This document shows, in pieces, positions 40,202 through 50,519 of a stretch of 64,000 nucleotides of DNA. The stretch is taken from the NCBI GenBank assembly GCA_963667725.2, contig CAXXHO010000005.1:224001-288000 (forward strand). Direction: 5' to 3'. This DNA is from Treponemataceae bacterium (GTDB taxonomy: Bacteria; Spirochaetota; Spirochaetia; Treponematales; Rectinemataceae). The translations under genes and the position numbers were made by a program. Each line of letters opens with the position of its first letter. Positions within the stretch are counted from its first letter, which is position 1. The notes under the pieces were generated by a model. It saw only the letters and a program-made list of their open reading frames with translations, ran no database searches and was not told the origin of the DNA.

Positions 40202-41125
40202 TCAGGTTTTATTCCAGAGGATCACCGCTCTGACGGTGGTGCCCTTCCCCATCTCGGATTGGATCGAGAACTCGTCGGCTACCCGCTTTACGTTTGGAAG
40301 CCCCATCCCGGCGCCGAAGCCGAGAGAACGCACCCACTCGTTCGCGGTGGAATAGCCTTCCCGCATCGCGAGCTCCACGTCGGGAATGCCGGGTCCCTCG
40401 TCCTGGGCCAATATCTCGATCGTATCGTCATAGACGCGCATCCGCATGCTGCCGCCCGTGGAATGAATGACCTGGTTGAGTTCCAGCTCGTAGGAGGCGA
40501 CGGCGACCTTCCTCGCTATGGGCGGCGGGCAGCCCCTCTCCACGATCGCCTTCTTGAACCGGGCGCTCGCGTTGCCCGCTCTGGAAAAATCGAGGGGCGA
40601 GGTGCCGAAATTGAGTTCCACTACGGGGATAGGACCTTCCTTCTCGGAATGCCGGCCGGCTATGCGCTGCTCCATCCTGCCGATTTCCTCGTTCAAGGCG
40701 ATGAGAAGTCGTCTGAGAATGTCGGAGGCCGTTATGATGCCGCAGAGTCTTCCCGTGGCGTCCAGAACGGGAAAACGGCCGAATTTATAGCGATCGAAAT
40801 AGGTCACCGCGAAGGAAAGCGGCATCTCATCGTCAAGGGTTACCAGTGAACTTGTCATGAGTTCCGAAGCGGGATGGCCTATGCTGCCCGAATCCAAGGC
40901 GCCGATGATGTCGCCGATCGACACAATGCCCCGCAGGCGCCCCTCTTCGACGATGGGTATGCCGGTGATGGCGTTGTCCCGCATGAGTTTCTGCACGTCG
41001 CGCAGGCTGGATGAGGGTGCCGCGGTGATCACCTCGGTAGTCATCGCGTGTTTTACTTTCATGCTGTACAGCAGCTCGAGCACGACGCTGGGGCTCGAGT
41101 CTGCGTTGATCGGAACGGTCGCCAT
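40202..41125 (-). CDS. CBS-pair plus anti-sigma factor-type Ser/Thr kinase (RsbT-like HATPase) fusion
   Basis: Two CBS repeats (GIPIVE..GIVS.GD; RFPVLD..GIIT.SD), then YELELN, DEGPGI, EGYST, GFGAGMGLPN. Confidence 0.85.
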   Translation of the reverse strand: MATVPINADSSPSVVLELLYSMKVKHAMTTEVITAAPSSSLRDVQKLMRDNAITGIPIVEEGRLRGIVSIGDIIGALDSGSIGHPASELMTSSLVTLDDEMPLSFAVTYFDRYKFGRFPVLDATGRLCGIITASDILRRLLIALNEEIGRMEQRIAGRHSEKEGPIPVVELNFGTSPLDFSRAGNASARFKKAIVERGCPPPIARKVAVASYELELNQVIHSTGGSMRMRVYDDTIEILAQDEGPGIPDVELAMREGYSTANEWVRSLGFGAGMGLPNVKRVADEFSIQSEMGKGTTVRAVILWNKT

Positions 41126-41284
41126 TGTTTTCCATTATGCACCGGCTTTGAAAAACGTGGAAGCGGTTAATTGACTCCAGGCCTCACTATGCATATTTTT
41201 TTATCGAAATCCTTCCACAGCGTTGGCCGATGCGATAGAATACCAACCGTGCGAGGGCGAAGGCCCGGGGCTAAGGAGAAAAAC

Positions 41285-42043
41285 GTGATCGAACTGACCG
41301 GTATTTCGAAGACCTACGCGAAGAGCGAAAACAAGGCCGTGGATTCCCTGTCGCTGATCATTCCCGACGGCAGGATTTTCGGCTTTCTCGGGCCGAACGG
41401 CGCGGGCAAGACAACCACGATACGCATCCTCTGCGGGGCGCTCGAGCCCGACGGCGGCGACATCCTCATAGACGGCGTTTCCATGAAAAATAACCCTCTG
41501 GAAGCGAAACGCCACATCGGTCTCGTCCATGACAATCCCGAACTTTTCAACAGGCTCAAGGCTTACGAATATCTCGATTTCGTGGCCGACGTCTTCGGCG
41601 TGACGACGGATGTCCGCAGGGCGAGCATAGCGGAATACGCGAAGCGCTTCAGCCTCGCCGACGCGCTCGCGTCGCCCATCGGAAGCCTGAGCAGGGGCAT
41701 GAAGCAGAAGCTGGGTGTTCTCGCGAGCCTCCTGCACGACCCCCAGAACTGGGTGCTGGACGAGCCCATGGTGGGCCTCGACCCGCAGGCGGCCTTCGAA
41801 CTCAAGGAAATCATGAGGGAACGCACGAAAGCCGGCAAATGTGTCTTCTTTTCCACACACGTCATGGAGGTGGCGGAAAAAGTCTGCGACGAGCTGGCGA
41901 TCATCAACAAGGGCAGGATAATCTTCAGAGGCACCATGGCGGAGTTGAGGAGCCGGAGAACATCGGCCAACGAAACCGGGGACAGCCTGGAGAGTCTTTT
42001 CCTCCAGCTCGTCGATTCGTCGAACGGAGACGCGGCTCTATGA
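41285..42043 (+). CDS. ABC-2 type exporter ATP-binding protein
   Basis: GPNGAGKTT, SRGMKQK, LDEPMVGLDP; GTG start after AAGGAG. Confidence 0.92.
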   Translation: MIELTGISKTYAKSENKAVDSLSLIIPDGRIFGFLGPNGAGKTTTIRILCGALEPDGGDILIDGVSMKNNPLEAKRHIGLVHDNPELFNRLKAYEYLDFVADVFGVTTDVRRASIAEYAKRFSLADALASPIGSLSRGMKQKLGVLASLLHDPQNWVLDEPMVGLDPQAAFELKEIMRERTKAGKCVFFSTHVMEVAEKVCDELAIINKGRIIFRGTMAELRSRRTSANETGDSLESLFLQLVDSSNGDAAL

Positions 42044-43722
42044 GGTCACGCATCGTCAGCCTCGCCATCCTCTATATCAAAAGCACCTTCAGCCTGTCCC
42101 TCCCTTCGTGGAAGGAGCTGAAAAAGCCGAAGAAGCTCGCCAAGACCATAGGAATCGGCTTAGGCATTGTCCTCATTCTCGCCGATGTCGGTTTCATGTT
42201 CGTCATGATGAACATGACGATGTACGAGGGGCTCAAGCCCGCCGGCATGCAGGGATTGATGCTCCTCAACGCCTCCATCACGGCTTCGGTGCTCGTCTTC
42301 ATCATGGCTTTCATGATGGCGCTCTCCATGTTCTCGCAGTCGGGCATCGAATCGGGCTTCCTCGTTCTGCCCTTCTCTTCCAGGGAGCTACTCGCGGCGA
42401 AGATGTTCCTCGTCTATTTCGCGGAAGCCTTGATGGGCGTTTTCGTCATGGCCATCGCGATCGTCATCTACGGTATAAAGGAGGCCCCGCCCTTCATGTT
42501 CTACGTGAACGGGCTCGTGACGGCCTTCGCCCTGCCCCTCCTGCCGACCGCCATTTCCTATCTTATCCTCGTGCCCTTGATGAACGCTTCCAGACTGTTC
42601 AGGAGCAAGAACTTCATCATCTACCTGGGCGGCTTCCTCGGCATGGGTTTCGCCCTCGCCTTCAATTTTTACATACAATCGGCCATGACCAAGATCGGCG
42701 CTCCGGCCAGCCTGGCGCTCTACGTCGATTCCGGTTCCCTGATCTCGCGGCTGGGACAGGCATGGATTCCTTCGTGGCTGGCATGGAAGGCGCTGTCGGA
42801 AGCTTCCAGCATCACGGGCATTCTCGCCGTCCTGGGTAATCTGGCCATCGGCCTCGCCGGCTGCGCCGTCGTCGTCGTCCTGCTTGGCAATGGTTACGTG
42901 CGGAGCCTCCGATCCTTCAACGAATCGACGTTTTCAAAGAAGAAGCTTTCCCTGGACGGAAAAGGACGGGAGGGACGTCGGACATTCACGCAAAAATCCC
43001 TGATGCGCAGCCTCGTGGCCAGGGAAATCCGGCTCATAAACCGCGAGCCCATGTACCTTCTGAATGGACCCTTTGTCATGATCCTCATGCCGGCCCTTAT
43101 GGCCGTCGTCTACCTGGCGCAGCGCGAAATCCTGTCCGAAGCCGTGAAGAGCCTGGGCCCCATGCTGACAGGTCCCGGCGCCTATCTCATCCCGGCGGCC
43201 TTCGGCGGTTTTCTGGGCTCATCCTCCAGCATCACCAGCACCGCCGTCTCGAGGGACGCGAAGGCCCTACCCTGGATAAAGTCCATGCCCATAAAGTCGA
43301 CATGGTATTTCGCGGCGAAACTGCTCCACGCGGAGCTGTTTGCCCTTCTCGGAGCCTTCATTGGCTGCGGCGCCGGGGCTCTGCTGTTCGGAATCGGCGC
43401 GCTGGACAGCCTCATCGCCCTGCTTCTGGCCCTCCTGTTCTCCACAGCCCTCAACATGGCCGGCCTCTGGCTCGATGTGACTTGGCCGCGCCTCCGCTGG
43501 GATAACCCCTTGGCCGCCATGAAACAGAATCCCAATTCAAGCATAGCCATACTGGCGACGATGGGCCTGATCGGAGGATTGTCCGGCCTGAGCGCCGTGA
43601 TTGCCTTGCCGCGCTATGCCTACGCGATGATCTTCGGCGCGGTCTTCGCGATCCTGATACTCGTATGGGTAAAATTCTTTCCGAAATACGCCGCCAAGCG
43701 CTATAAGGACATGGAGGCCTGA
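42040..43722 (+). CDS. ABC-2 type exporter permease
   Basis: Multi-TM, SRDAK..W..KSMP and P.L.W.N...AMKQN motifs; overlaps the ATPase stop. Confidence 0.8.
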   Translation: MRSRIVSLAILYIKSTFSLSLPSWKELKKPKKLAKTIGIGLGIVLILADVGFMFVMMNMTMYEGLKPAGMQGLMLLNASITASVLVFIMAFMMALSMFSQSGIESGFLVLPFSSRELLAAKMFLVYFAEALMGVFVMAIAIVIYGIKEAPPFMFYVNGLVTAFALPLLPTAISYLILVPLMNASRLFRSKNFIIYLGGFLGMGFALAFNFYIQSAMTKIGAPASLALYVDSGSLISRLGQAWIPSWLAWKALSEASSITGILAVLGNLAIGLAGCAVVVVLLGNGYVRSLRSFNESTFSKKKLSLDGKGREGRRTFTQKSLMRSLVAREIRLINREPMYLLNGPFVMILMPALMAVVYLAQREILSEAVKSLGPMLTGPGAYLIPAAFGGFLGSSSSITSTAVSRDAKALPWIKSMPIKSTWYFAAKLLHAELFALLGAFIGCGAGALLFGIGALDSLIALLLALLFSTALNMAGLWLDVTWPRLRWDNPLAAMKQNPNSSIAILATMGLIGGLSGLSAVIALPRYAYAMIFGAVFAILILVWVKFFPKYAAKRYKDMEA

Positions 43723-43761
43723 GGGTTTGAAGCGGGGCGACCTCGGGCAGTCCCAGGGTGC

Positions 43762-44232
43762 TCAATCCTGGGGAATTCGGTATTCGACCCAGCGGACCCT
43801 GCCGGCCACGATGGCGTCCCTGATGCTTTTTTCGGTACGCGAGAGACCAGATCCTCCGGATTTCACTTCCACGAAGATTATTTCGCTGACCTCGCCGCCG
43901 GAGGCCGCGCCTGCTGCCTCGCCTCCGGCACCGCCTCCGGCGCCGCTGAAGCAGACAAAATCGACGGGCTTGCCGATGAATCGGGCGTCGCCGGGATCGC
44001 AGGGAAAATCGGGCAGGTAGGGAGCGAGCTGTTCGGCCACCTGGCCACCCACCACGGCTCTCGAACGCTTGACCGCGTCTTCGCGTTCAGCTTCCAGCCG
44101 CCCCGAAAGATCCCGTTCGGATTCCAGGCGGCCGTTGCGCCGCCCCAGGGACAGGCCGAGAAAAAGTCCCAGCGCGAAAAGGACGAAGAGGCCGAGAAAT
44201 ATCGCCAGCATCGAAAGATCGGTTGGATTCAT
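43762..44232 (-). CDS. Holliday-junction-resolvase-like PD-(D/E)XK endonuclease with N-terminal membrane anchor
   Basis: REDAVKRSRAVVGGQVAEQLAP, RFIGKPVDFV, FVEVKSG. Confidence 0.8.
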   Translation of the reverse strand: MNPTDLSMLAIFLGLFVLFALGLFLGLSLGRRNGRLESERDLSGRLEAEREDAVKRSRAVVGGQVAEQLAPYLPDFPCDPGDARFIGKPVDFVCFSGAGGGAGGEAAGAASGGEVSEIIFVEVKSGGSGLSRTEKSIRDAIVAGRVRWVEYRIPQD

Positions 44233-44319
44233 CGTGATGAAAGCATACTTCGTCTGGGCTTTCGGTAAAAGGCTTCGTCGGAGGTAAAAGTGCCTCGCCG
44301 GAAAAGAAGCGAATAATAA

Positions 44320-44347
44320 AAAACCCGCGGCGAAGGCCGCGGGTTTT
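44320..44347. terminator. Rho-independent terminator downstream of the lipoprotein gene
   Basis: AAAACCCGCGGC-GAAG-GCCGCGGGTTTT. Confidence 0.8.
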
Positions 44348-44388
44348 CTCGTTTGAGGCGCTCGATACGGGCGCTTTCGCGGATGACG

Positions 44389-44760
44389 TTAGCTCGCAGA
44401 ACCCGAAGAAGCGAACTTGTCCTTGTATTCCTGCATCTTGGCGGTGAAATCGGTAAGAGCCTGATCGGTGAGGGTGCCCTTGATGGTCTCGGCCACGGCG
44501 TCGAGCTCGGAAGCGGTTTTCATCAATTCCTCACTCTTGGCGAGCTGGCTGGAATCGCCGCCGTTCATTTTAGCGGCCACTTCGGCGTACTGGGCGATGA
44601 CGCCGTCATAGGTGGAAATCCAGGTAGCGACGTCCTTGATATCGGCAGGAACAACCGCAGTCGCCACGGGCGTCGCTTCGGCAACTTTTGCCTGTTTGGG
44701 AGCGCAGGAAACCGCAAGAAGGGCGATCACAAGAATCGCAATAATGCTCTTCATCTTCAT
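44389..44760 (-). CDS. Hypothetical lipoprotein
   Basis: Signal peptide with LAVSC lipobox, AGGAG RBS, own terminator. Confidence 0.75.
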   Translation of the reverse strand: MKMKSIIAILVIALLAVSCAPKQAKVAEATPVATAVVPADIKDVATWISTYDGVIAQYAEVAAKMNGGDSSQLAKSEELMKTASELDAVAETIKGTLTDQALTDFTAKMQEYKDKFASSGSAS

Positions 44761-44899
44761 AAAAATCTCCTATAGCGGAAGAATTGTGCGAAATATAGCA
44801 CCACTCCGTTATTCATGTCAACAAACAGCACCATATGCGAGATATTCTTGTACGATATTTGCGTTTACAGAACAGCCGAAACTTCGCTACAGTGTGGTT

Positions 44900-45772
44900 A
44901 TGCTGCAATTCGGACTGCGCGCGCATGATTTTGGCTGCTTCCCGGCGGAAATCCTGGCCGAAAGACTCCAGGCTTTCAAGCCGGTTTCCATTCAGCTCGC
45001 GCTTGCGAAGGCTTTCCCCGACACGCCGGCGGGATACGGGTTCCTCAGTCCAGGCTATGCCCGCAGGGTAAGGGAGGCTTTTACTCGCCGCGACATCGGC
45101 ATAGCCGTGCTCGGCTGCTATATAAACCCCGTGCATCCCGACGGCGATGAACTCGAGCGGCAGCTGCGGAGATTCGAGGAGCACCTGCGCTTCGCGGGAG
45201 ATTTCGGCTGCCCCGTCGTCGGCACTGAAACGGGTTCGCTCAACCCCGACCGCTCCTACCATCCGGAAACGCGGAGCCAGGCTACCTTCGACAGGCTCTG
45301 CGGTTCGGTCGAACGCCTCGTCCGCGTCGCCGAGGCCTGCGGATCCATCGTCGGCATCGAACCCGTCGCCGATCAGCATACGGTTTCCAGCATCGAGAAG
45401 ACACAAGCGCTCATCGCGAGAATAGACTCGCCCGCGCTGCGGATAATCTTCGATCCCGTAAATTTGATTCCGCGGGCAGGACTCGACGAAAGCCAGGCAA
45501 GCTTTTTCGCGCGCGCCTTCGAGGCTTTCGGGCCGCGCATCGCCGTCATCCACGCCAAGGATTTTCGATTCGAGGAAGGCCGAAAATCCGAAGCTGTGGC
45601 CGCCGGCGCCGGCGTCTTCGACTTTTCTTCTTTTTTCAGGATCCTTCAGGCGAAGAAACCCTTCATCGATGTCCTGCTGGAAAACACCTCACCCGCGACG
45701 GCCTCCGCCGCGCTGGAGTATGTGGCGGGCATCGCGTCGAGCGTTGCGCGAAACAGCCCTATTCGAGCATGA
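44900..45772 (+). CDS. Sugar phosphate isomerase/epimerase (AP endonuclease 2 TIM barrel)
   Basis: LGCYINPVHPD, VGTETG, GIEP, IFDPVN, IHAKD, LLE. Confidence 0.85.
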   Translation: MLQFGLRAHDFGCFPAEILAERLQAFKPVSIQLALAKAFPDTPAGYGFLSPGYARRVREAFTRRDIGIAVLGCYINPVHPDGDELERQLRRFEEHLRFAGDFGCPVVGTETGSLNPDRSYHPETRSQATFDRLCGSVERLVRVAEACGSIVGIEPVADQHTVSSIEKTQALIARIDSPALRIIFDPVNLIPRAGLDESQASFFARAFEAFGPRIAVIHAKDFRFEEGRKSEAVAAGAGVFDFSSFFRILQAKKPFIDVLLENTSPATASAALEYVAGIASSVARNSPIRA

Positions 45773-46886
45773 CTTCCAGCCTCTTGAAAATGCCGGTGTT
45801 GTCGTAGTTTCCCTCGAAGATTTCCTGGCCGACGCCGAGAGCGAAGACTCTGACGTCCTGCCCGGTATGACTGCCCGTCGTCCATGAGAATCGGGTATAG
45901 TCGAAACCCTCGCCATCGGCGATCGTCAGGCCGCCCGTCTCGTGGTCACTCGTCACGACGATGAGCGTTTCATCCGGGTGTTCGCCGTAGAACGCGAACG
46001 CCTCGGCGATCGCCTCGTCCAAGGCCATCACTTCGGGTATCATCCGCATGATGTCGCCAGCATGGCTCGCTGAATCGATCTTCGCGCTCTCCGCCATTAT
46101 GAAGAATCCCCCATCTCCGTCGAGAAGATCTATGGCCGCGCGCGTGAATTCGGCGAGAGTCGGATCGCTCGCGTTATTTTCGATCAGGTAGGGAAGCGAG
46201 GTGGATGAGCTGACCGCTAGCGCCGGGACATCGGAGGGCGTGAGCGCCAGGATTTCGGCCTTGGTATCGGCTATGGTGAATCCATTGTTTTGGGCGATTT
46301 CAAAGACGCTCGTCTGAGCGTCGCTCGCCCCCAGGGGATCGCTGAGATTTCCGCCTCCGAAGAAATCGAAGGCGCCGTTGGCCAGCTGGAGCGCTATGTC
46401 GTAGTTGTCATTGCGGGAAGGCGCCGACGCGTAGAAGGCGGCGGGCGTGGCGCTGTCCAGCGAGCCGCTGGAGACAATGCCCACCTTCCTACCCTTCGCT
46501 TTCATCAGTTCGGTGATGGGCGTAAAGCTCTTCGTTGTGCATGGGTTCATGTTGATGACGCCGTTGGAGGTCTTTTTACCCGAGGCTATGGCCGTGGCCG
46601 AGGCCGCCGAGTCCGTCAGTCCCCCCCAATAATTATGGGTGCGGGCCATTCCGGTCGCCGGGAAATCGTCGAATCGCAGCGGCACATATCCCTCGCCGAT
46701 GGCTTCGGTCGAGTCGGCGTACTGTCTGGCGGCTTCGATGTGATTGGCCCCCATTCCATCGCCTATGAAGAGGAAAATGTACTTTGGGACAGCCTCCGGA
46801 AGCGAAAAAACGTCCAGACTGCACGAGACGAGAAGAAAAAGCGAAGCGGACAGCAGAAGCCAGGGCTTTCTCGCGGTTTTTTTCAC
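45759..46886 (-). CDS. Alkaline phosphatase (lipoprotein)
   Basis: FIGDGMG, TDSAAS (catalytic Ser), ATPA, E..KID...H, TSDHETGG, HTGQDV. Confidence 0.88.
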   Translation of the reverse strand: MKKTARKPWLLLSASLFLLVSCSLDVFSLPEAVPKYIFLFIGDGMGANHIEAARQYADSTEAIGEGYVPLRFDDFPATGMARTHNYWGGLTDSAASATAIASGKKTSNGVINMNPCTTKSFTPITELMKAKGRKVGIVSSGSLDSATPAAFYASAPSRNDNYDIALQLANGAFDFFGGGNLSDPLGASDAQTSVFEIAQNNGFTIADTKAEILALTPSDVPALAVSSSTSLPYLIENNASDPTLAEFTRAAIDLLDGDGGFFIMAESAKIDSASHAGDIMRMIPEVMALDEAIAEAFAFYGEHPDETLIVVTSDHETGGLTIADGEGFDYTRFSWTTGSHTGQDVRVFALGVGQEIFEGNYDNTGIFKRLEVMLE

Positions 46887-46960
46887 GGCAATTCCTTTGG
46901 TCGCATCGAATTCGCGCTCCCCTTAGCAAGTATAGCTGAATTGCTTTATGATAACCACAT

Positions 46961-48868
46961 ATGTCATTTATTCCTGCGTGCCTTTCCGACCTCGAAAGTG
47001 CCGGCCTTAAGCCGGGCGAACTCGACGCCATCATCGTCACGGGCGACGCCTATGTCGACCATTCCTCCTTCGGGGCGGCTATCATCGGCCGAGCGCTCGA
47101 GTCCGAAGGCTATAAAGTCGCCATACTGGCACGTCCCGACCCCGACGATGTCGAGGCTTTCAGGCTTTTCGGCCGGCCGCGGCTCGCTTTTCTCGTCACG
47201 GCGGGGGCCGTCGATTCGATGGTTTCGTCCTACACGGCCAACAAGAAACCGCGTTCGGAGGATGAATACGCGCCGGGCGGCGACAAGGCACTGTGCATGC
47301 GAGCGGACGGAAGCATCGGCGCCGGGATCCGCGCCAGGCCGAACGCCAGGCCGGACCGCGCGGCTATCGTCTATTCGGCGATGTGCAGACAGGCGTACAA
47401 GGGCATTCCCCTCGTCATCGGCGGCATAGAAGCCAGCCTGAGACGTCTTTCCCACTACGACTACTGGTCGGATACCGTCCGCAAATCGATACTCCTGGAC
47501 TCCAAAGCCGACGTTCTCGTCTACGGGATGGGCGAGCGGCAGATCGCGGAAATCATGGAGCGCTTGCGCCTGGTCGCGGGCGCCGCGGCTTCCAGTGCGG
47601 CGCCGAAGCCCGACCTTTCCGGTATCCGAGGCACGGTCTGGGCGAAGCACGTCGGCGCGATATCTCCAGAAGCCCTGGCCGCGGAATTCCCCGGCGCGTC
47701 CATACTTCCCGGCTTCGACTCCCTATCCGGTGCCAGCCCAGAAGCCAAACTGAACTACGAGGCATCCTTCGCTATCCAGTACAGAAATACCGATCCATAT
47801 TCTGCCCACCGACTCGTCGAACCCTACGGCGACAGGGTCGTCGTGCAGGAGCCGCCGGCCTTTCCCCTCGACAGGAAGGAGCTAGACGCCGTCTATGCCC
47901 TCCCCTACGAGAGGGAAGCGCATCCGATGTACGAAGCCCACGGCGGCGTGCCCGCCCTCGCCGAAGTAAAATTTTCCCTCCTTTCGGCGCGCGGCTGTTT
48001 CGGCGCCTGCTCCTTCTGCGCCCTCACCTTCCATCAAGGACGCCAGGTCAACTCGCGAAGCATAGAGGCCATCGTTGAAGAAGCGCGCATCCTCACGACG
48101 ATGGGCGATTTCAAGGGATACATCCACGACGTGGGCGGCCCCACCGCCAATTTCAGGCGTTCCGCCTGCGGCAAAATGGAAAAACACGGAGCCTGCCTGG
48201 ACAGGCGCTGCCTTTCGCCGGAGCCCTGCGCCAACCTCGAGCCCGACCATAGGGAATATGTCAAGCTCCTTCGCGCTCTGCGCGCGCTGCCCGGGGTGAA
48301 GAAAGTCTTTGTCAGGTCGGGAGTGCGTTTCGATTACGCCATGGCGGACAAAAGCGACGAATTCCTGAAGGAACTCGTGAGCCACCACATATCGGGCCAG
48401 CTCAAGGTCGCGCCGGAACACGTTTCCGACAAGGTGCTCGCCCTCATGGGCAAACCGCCCCGCCGCGTCTACGACGCCTTCGCCGCCCGCTACGCCGACC
48501 TGAACCGCGAAAATGGCCTCAAGCAGTACCTAATCCCTTACTTCATCTCGGCCCACCCGGGATCGGGCCTGCCCGAGGCGATCGAACTCGCCGAATATCT
48601 GCGCGATACGGGCTTCGTGCCCGACCAGGCTCAGGATTTCTATCCCACGCCGGGAACCCTCGCCACAGCCATGTACTGGTGCGGGACCAATCCCCTCGAC
48701 GGCCAGCCTGTCTACGTGGCGAGGGGAGCCCATGAGCGAGCCCTGCAGCGCGCCTTGCTCCAATACAATGCGCCCGCCAACGCCGATCTCGTGCGCGAGG
48801 CTCTGACCGTCGCCGGCAGGGCGGACTTGATCGGTACGAGCCCTCGCTGTCTCGTGAAAAAGCGATAG
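46961..48868 (+). CDS. YgiQ-family radical SAM protein
   Basis: GDAYVDHSSFG, GGIEASLRR.SHYDYW, RGCFGACSFC, DVGGPTAN. Confidence 0.92.
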   Translation: MSFIPACLSDLESAGLKPGELDAIIVTGDAYVDHSSFGAAIIGRALESEGYKVAILARPDPDDVEAFRLFGRPRLAFLVTAGAVDSMVSSYTANKKPRSEDEYAPGGDKALCMRADGSIGAGIRARPNARPDRAAIVYSAMCRQAYKGIPLVIGGIEASLRRLSHYDYWSDTVRKSILLDSKADVLVYGMGERQIAEIMERLRLVAGAAASSAAPKPDLSGIRGTVWAKHVGAISPEALAAEFPGASILPGFDSLSGASPEAKLNYEASFAIQYRNTDPYSAHRLVEPYGDRVVVQEPPAFPLDRKELDAVYALPYEREAHPMYEAHGGVPALAEVKFSLLSARGCFGACSFCALTFHQGRQVNSRSIEAIVEEARILTTMGDFKGYIHDVGGPTANFRRSACGKMEKHGACLDRRCLSPEPCANLEPDHREYVKLLRALRALPGVKKVFVRSGVRFDYAMADKSDEFLKELVSHHISGQLKVAPEHVSDKVLALMGKPPRRVYDAFAARYADLNRENGLKQYLIPYFISAHPGSGLPEAIELAEYLRDTGFVPDQAQDFYPTPGTLATAMYWCGTNPLDGQPVYVARGAHERALQRALLQYNAPANADLVREALTVAGRADLIGTSPRCLVKKR

Positions 48869-48886
48869 CCTTTCGCAATTCACCTC

Positions 48887-48945
48887 TTGCGCCTTTTTGA
48901 TAGAAAGCATACACTATCAATGACTATTTGATCTATTTAAGTCAT
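48887..48945 (+). promoter_or_regulatory. Putative promoter and TetR operator
   Basis: TTGCGC-17 bp-TACACT followed by the inverted repeat ATGACT-N14-AGTCAT just before the tetR RBS. Confidence 0.5.
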
Positions 48946-48954
48946 AGAGGTTAT

Positions 48955-49605
48955 ATGCCAAAGGCCTTCAGCCCTCAGGAACGTGAAAGAATAGAGTCCA
49001 GACTCATCGCGGTCGGGAAACGCCTCATCAACAGGTCGGGGATACGATTCCTCGTCGTGGACGACGTCGCGCGGGAAGCGGGCATCTCTAAGGGAAGCTT
49101 CTATTCCTTCCACCCCTCCCGCGAGGAATTCATCCTCGCCGTATTCGAATCCTGGGAAAAGGAACATCGCGGCGCCCTCATCCGCGAGGTGGTGGAGGGC
49201 GAAGGCAGCTTCCACGAAAGGCTGGAGCGCTTCTTCATCGGAGCCTTCCGGATTCTGGAAAAGGAGCCGGGCCTGGCGACCCTCGGCGTGAAGGACATTC
49301 AGATGATCATGGAGCGCCTCCCGCCCGAACGGATCGAAGCCCACAAGGCGGCGGACGACAGGGCACTCGCTGAGGCTTTCGGAGGCAAGGAGGGCATGGA
49401 GCTTTTCCCGCCGACCCTCCTCATGGCTTTGCAGGGCCTGGCTCCCGCCCTCTTCGCGATAGCCCTCCACAGGGAGGACTTCCCTCCGGAGAGCTACCAG
49501 GCGACGGTGAGGCTTCTTTCGGAGGCTCTGGCAGCGCGGATCGCGGCCGATGTCGAAGGATTCGCCGCTACCGCGGCCCCCGCCGGAAAAGGAGAACCAT
49601 CATGA
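48955..49605 (+). CDS. TetR/AcrR family regulator
   Basis: VDDVAREAGISKGSFYSFHPSRE HTH. Confidence 0.88.
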   Translation: MPKAFSPQERERIESRLIAVGKRLINRSGIRFLVVDDVAREAGISKGSFYSFHPSREEFILAVFESWEKEHRGALIREVVEGEGSFHERLERFFIGAFRILEKEPGLATLGVKDIQMIMERLPPERIEAHKAADDRALAEAFGGKEGMELFPPTLLMALQGLAPALFAIALHREDFPPESYQATVRLLSEALAARIAADVEGFAATAAPAGKGEPS

Positions 49606-50519
49606 CAGGATCCCTCGCGATCCGCGCTCGCGGCCTTTCGAAGAATTTCGGCGAGGTGCGGGCGGTGGCGGGCATCGACCTCGAAGTGCGCCGCGGCGAG
49701 ATCTACGGCTTCCTCGGCAGGAACGGCGCCGGCAAGACGACCACCATCCGCATGCTCCTCGGTCTCGTGCGCCCCAGCTCGGGCGAAGTGTCGATCCTGG
49801 GCTCATCCCTCAAGGAAAACCGCGAAGGCATCCTCTCGCGCGTCGGCTACTTCGTTGAATCCCCGGCCGCCTATACCAACCTCACGGTCAGGGAAAACCT
49901 GGACATCCAGCGCCGCCTGACCGACGCCCCTCCCGGCGCGGCCGATGAGGTGATCGAACTTCTCAAGCTTGGGGAATACTCAGGCAGGCGCGCCGGCCGC
50001 CTTTCCCTGGGCAACAAGCAGCGGCTCTCCCTCGCCCGCGCCCTCATCCACTCACCGGAACTGCTCATCCTCGACGAGCCCGCCAACGGCCTCGACCCGG
50101 CGGGCATCATCGAGATCAGATCCCTCCTGCGCCGCCTCGCCGCGGAACAGGGCGTGACCATCTTCATGTCGAGCCATCTTCTGGACGAGGTCGCCCAGCT
50201 GGCCGACAGGGTCGGGATCATCCACGAGGGAAAGTTGATCGAAGAAATCGACTATCGCGAGCTGCGCGAGCTGGGAAGGACCTCCATCGTCATCGTGGCG
50301 GATGACGTGGACAGGGCCGAAAAGATCCTGAGGGAAGGCTTAGGTTACGTCGAAGTGTCGCGCCCGGACGCGAAGACCCTGCGCGTGTCGGACCGGGGCG
50401 CGGAGCCTGCGGCCATCGCCAGGGCCCTCGTCGGGGCAGGCATAGGCCTCGAGCGGCTAGCCGCGGAGGAAGAGGATTTAGAGCGTCACTTCATGCGCCT
50501 GACAGGAGGTACGGTATGA
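49602..50519 (+). CDS. ABC transporter ATP-binding protein (BcrA/lantibiotic-immunity type)
   Basis: GRNGAGKTT, LSLGNKQRL, LDEPANGLDPAG. Confidence 0.9.
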   Translation: MTGSLAIRARGLSKNFGEVRAVAGIDLEVRRGEIYGFLGRNGAGKTTTIRMLLGLVRPSSGEVSILGSSLKENREGILSRVGYFVESPAAYTNLTVRENLDIQRRLTDAPPGAADEVIELLKLGEYSGRRAGRLSLGNKQRLSLARALIHSPELLILDEPANGLDPAGIIEIRSLLRRLAAEQGVTIFMSSHLLDEVAQLADRVGIIHEGKLIEEIDYRELRELGRTSIVIVADDVDRAEKILREGLGYVEVSRPDAKTLRVSDRGAEPAAIARALVGAGIGLERLAAEEEDLERHFMRLTGGTV

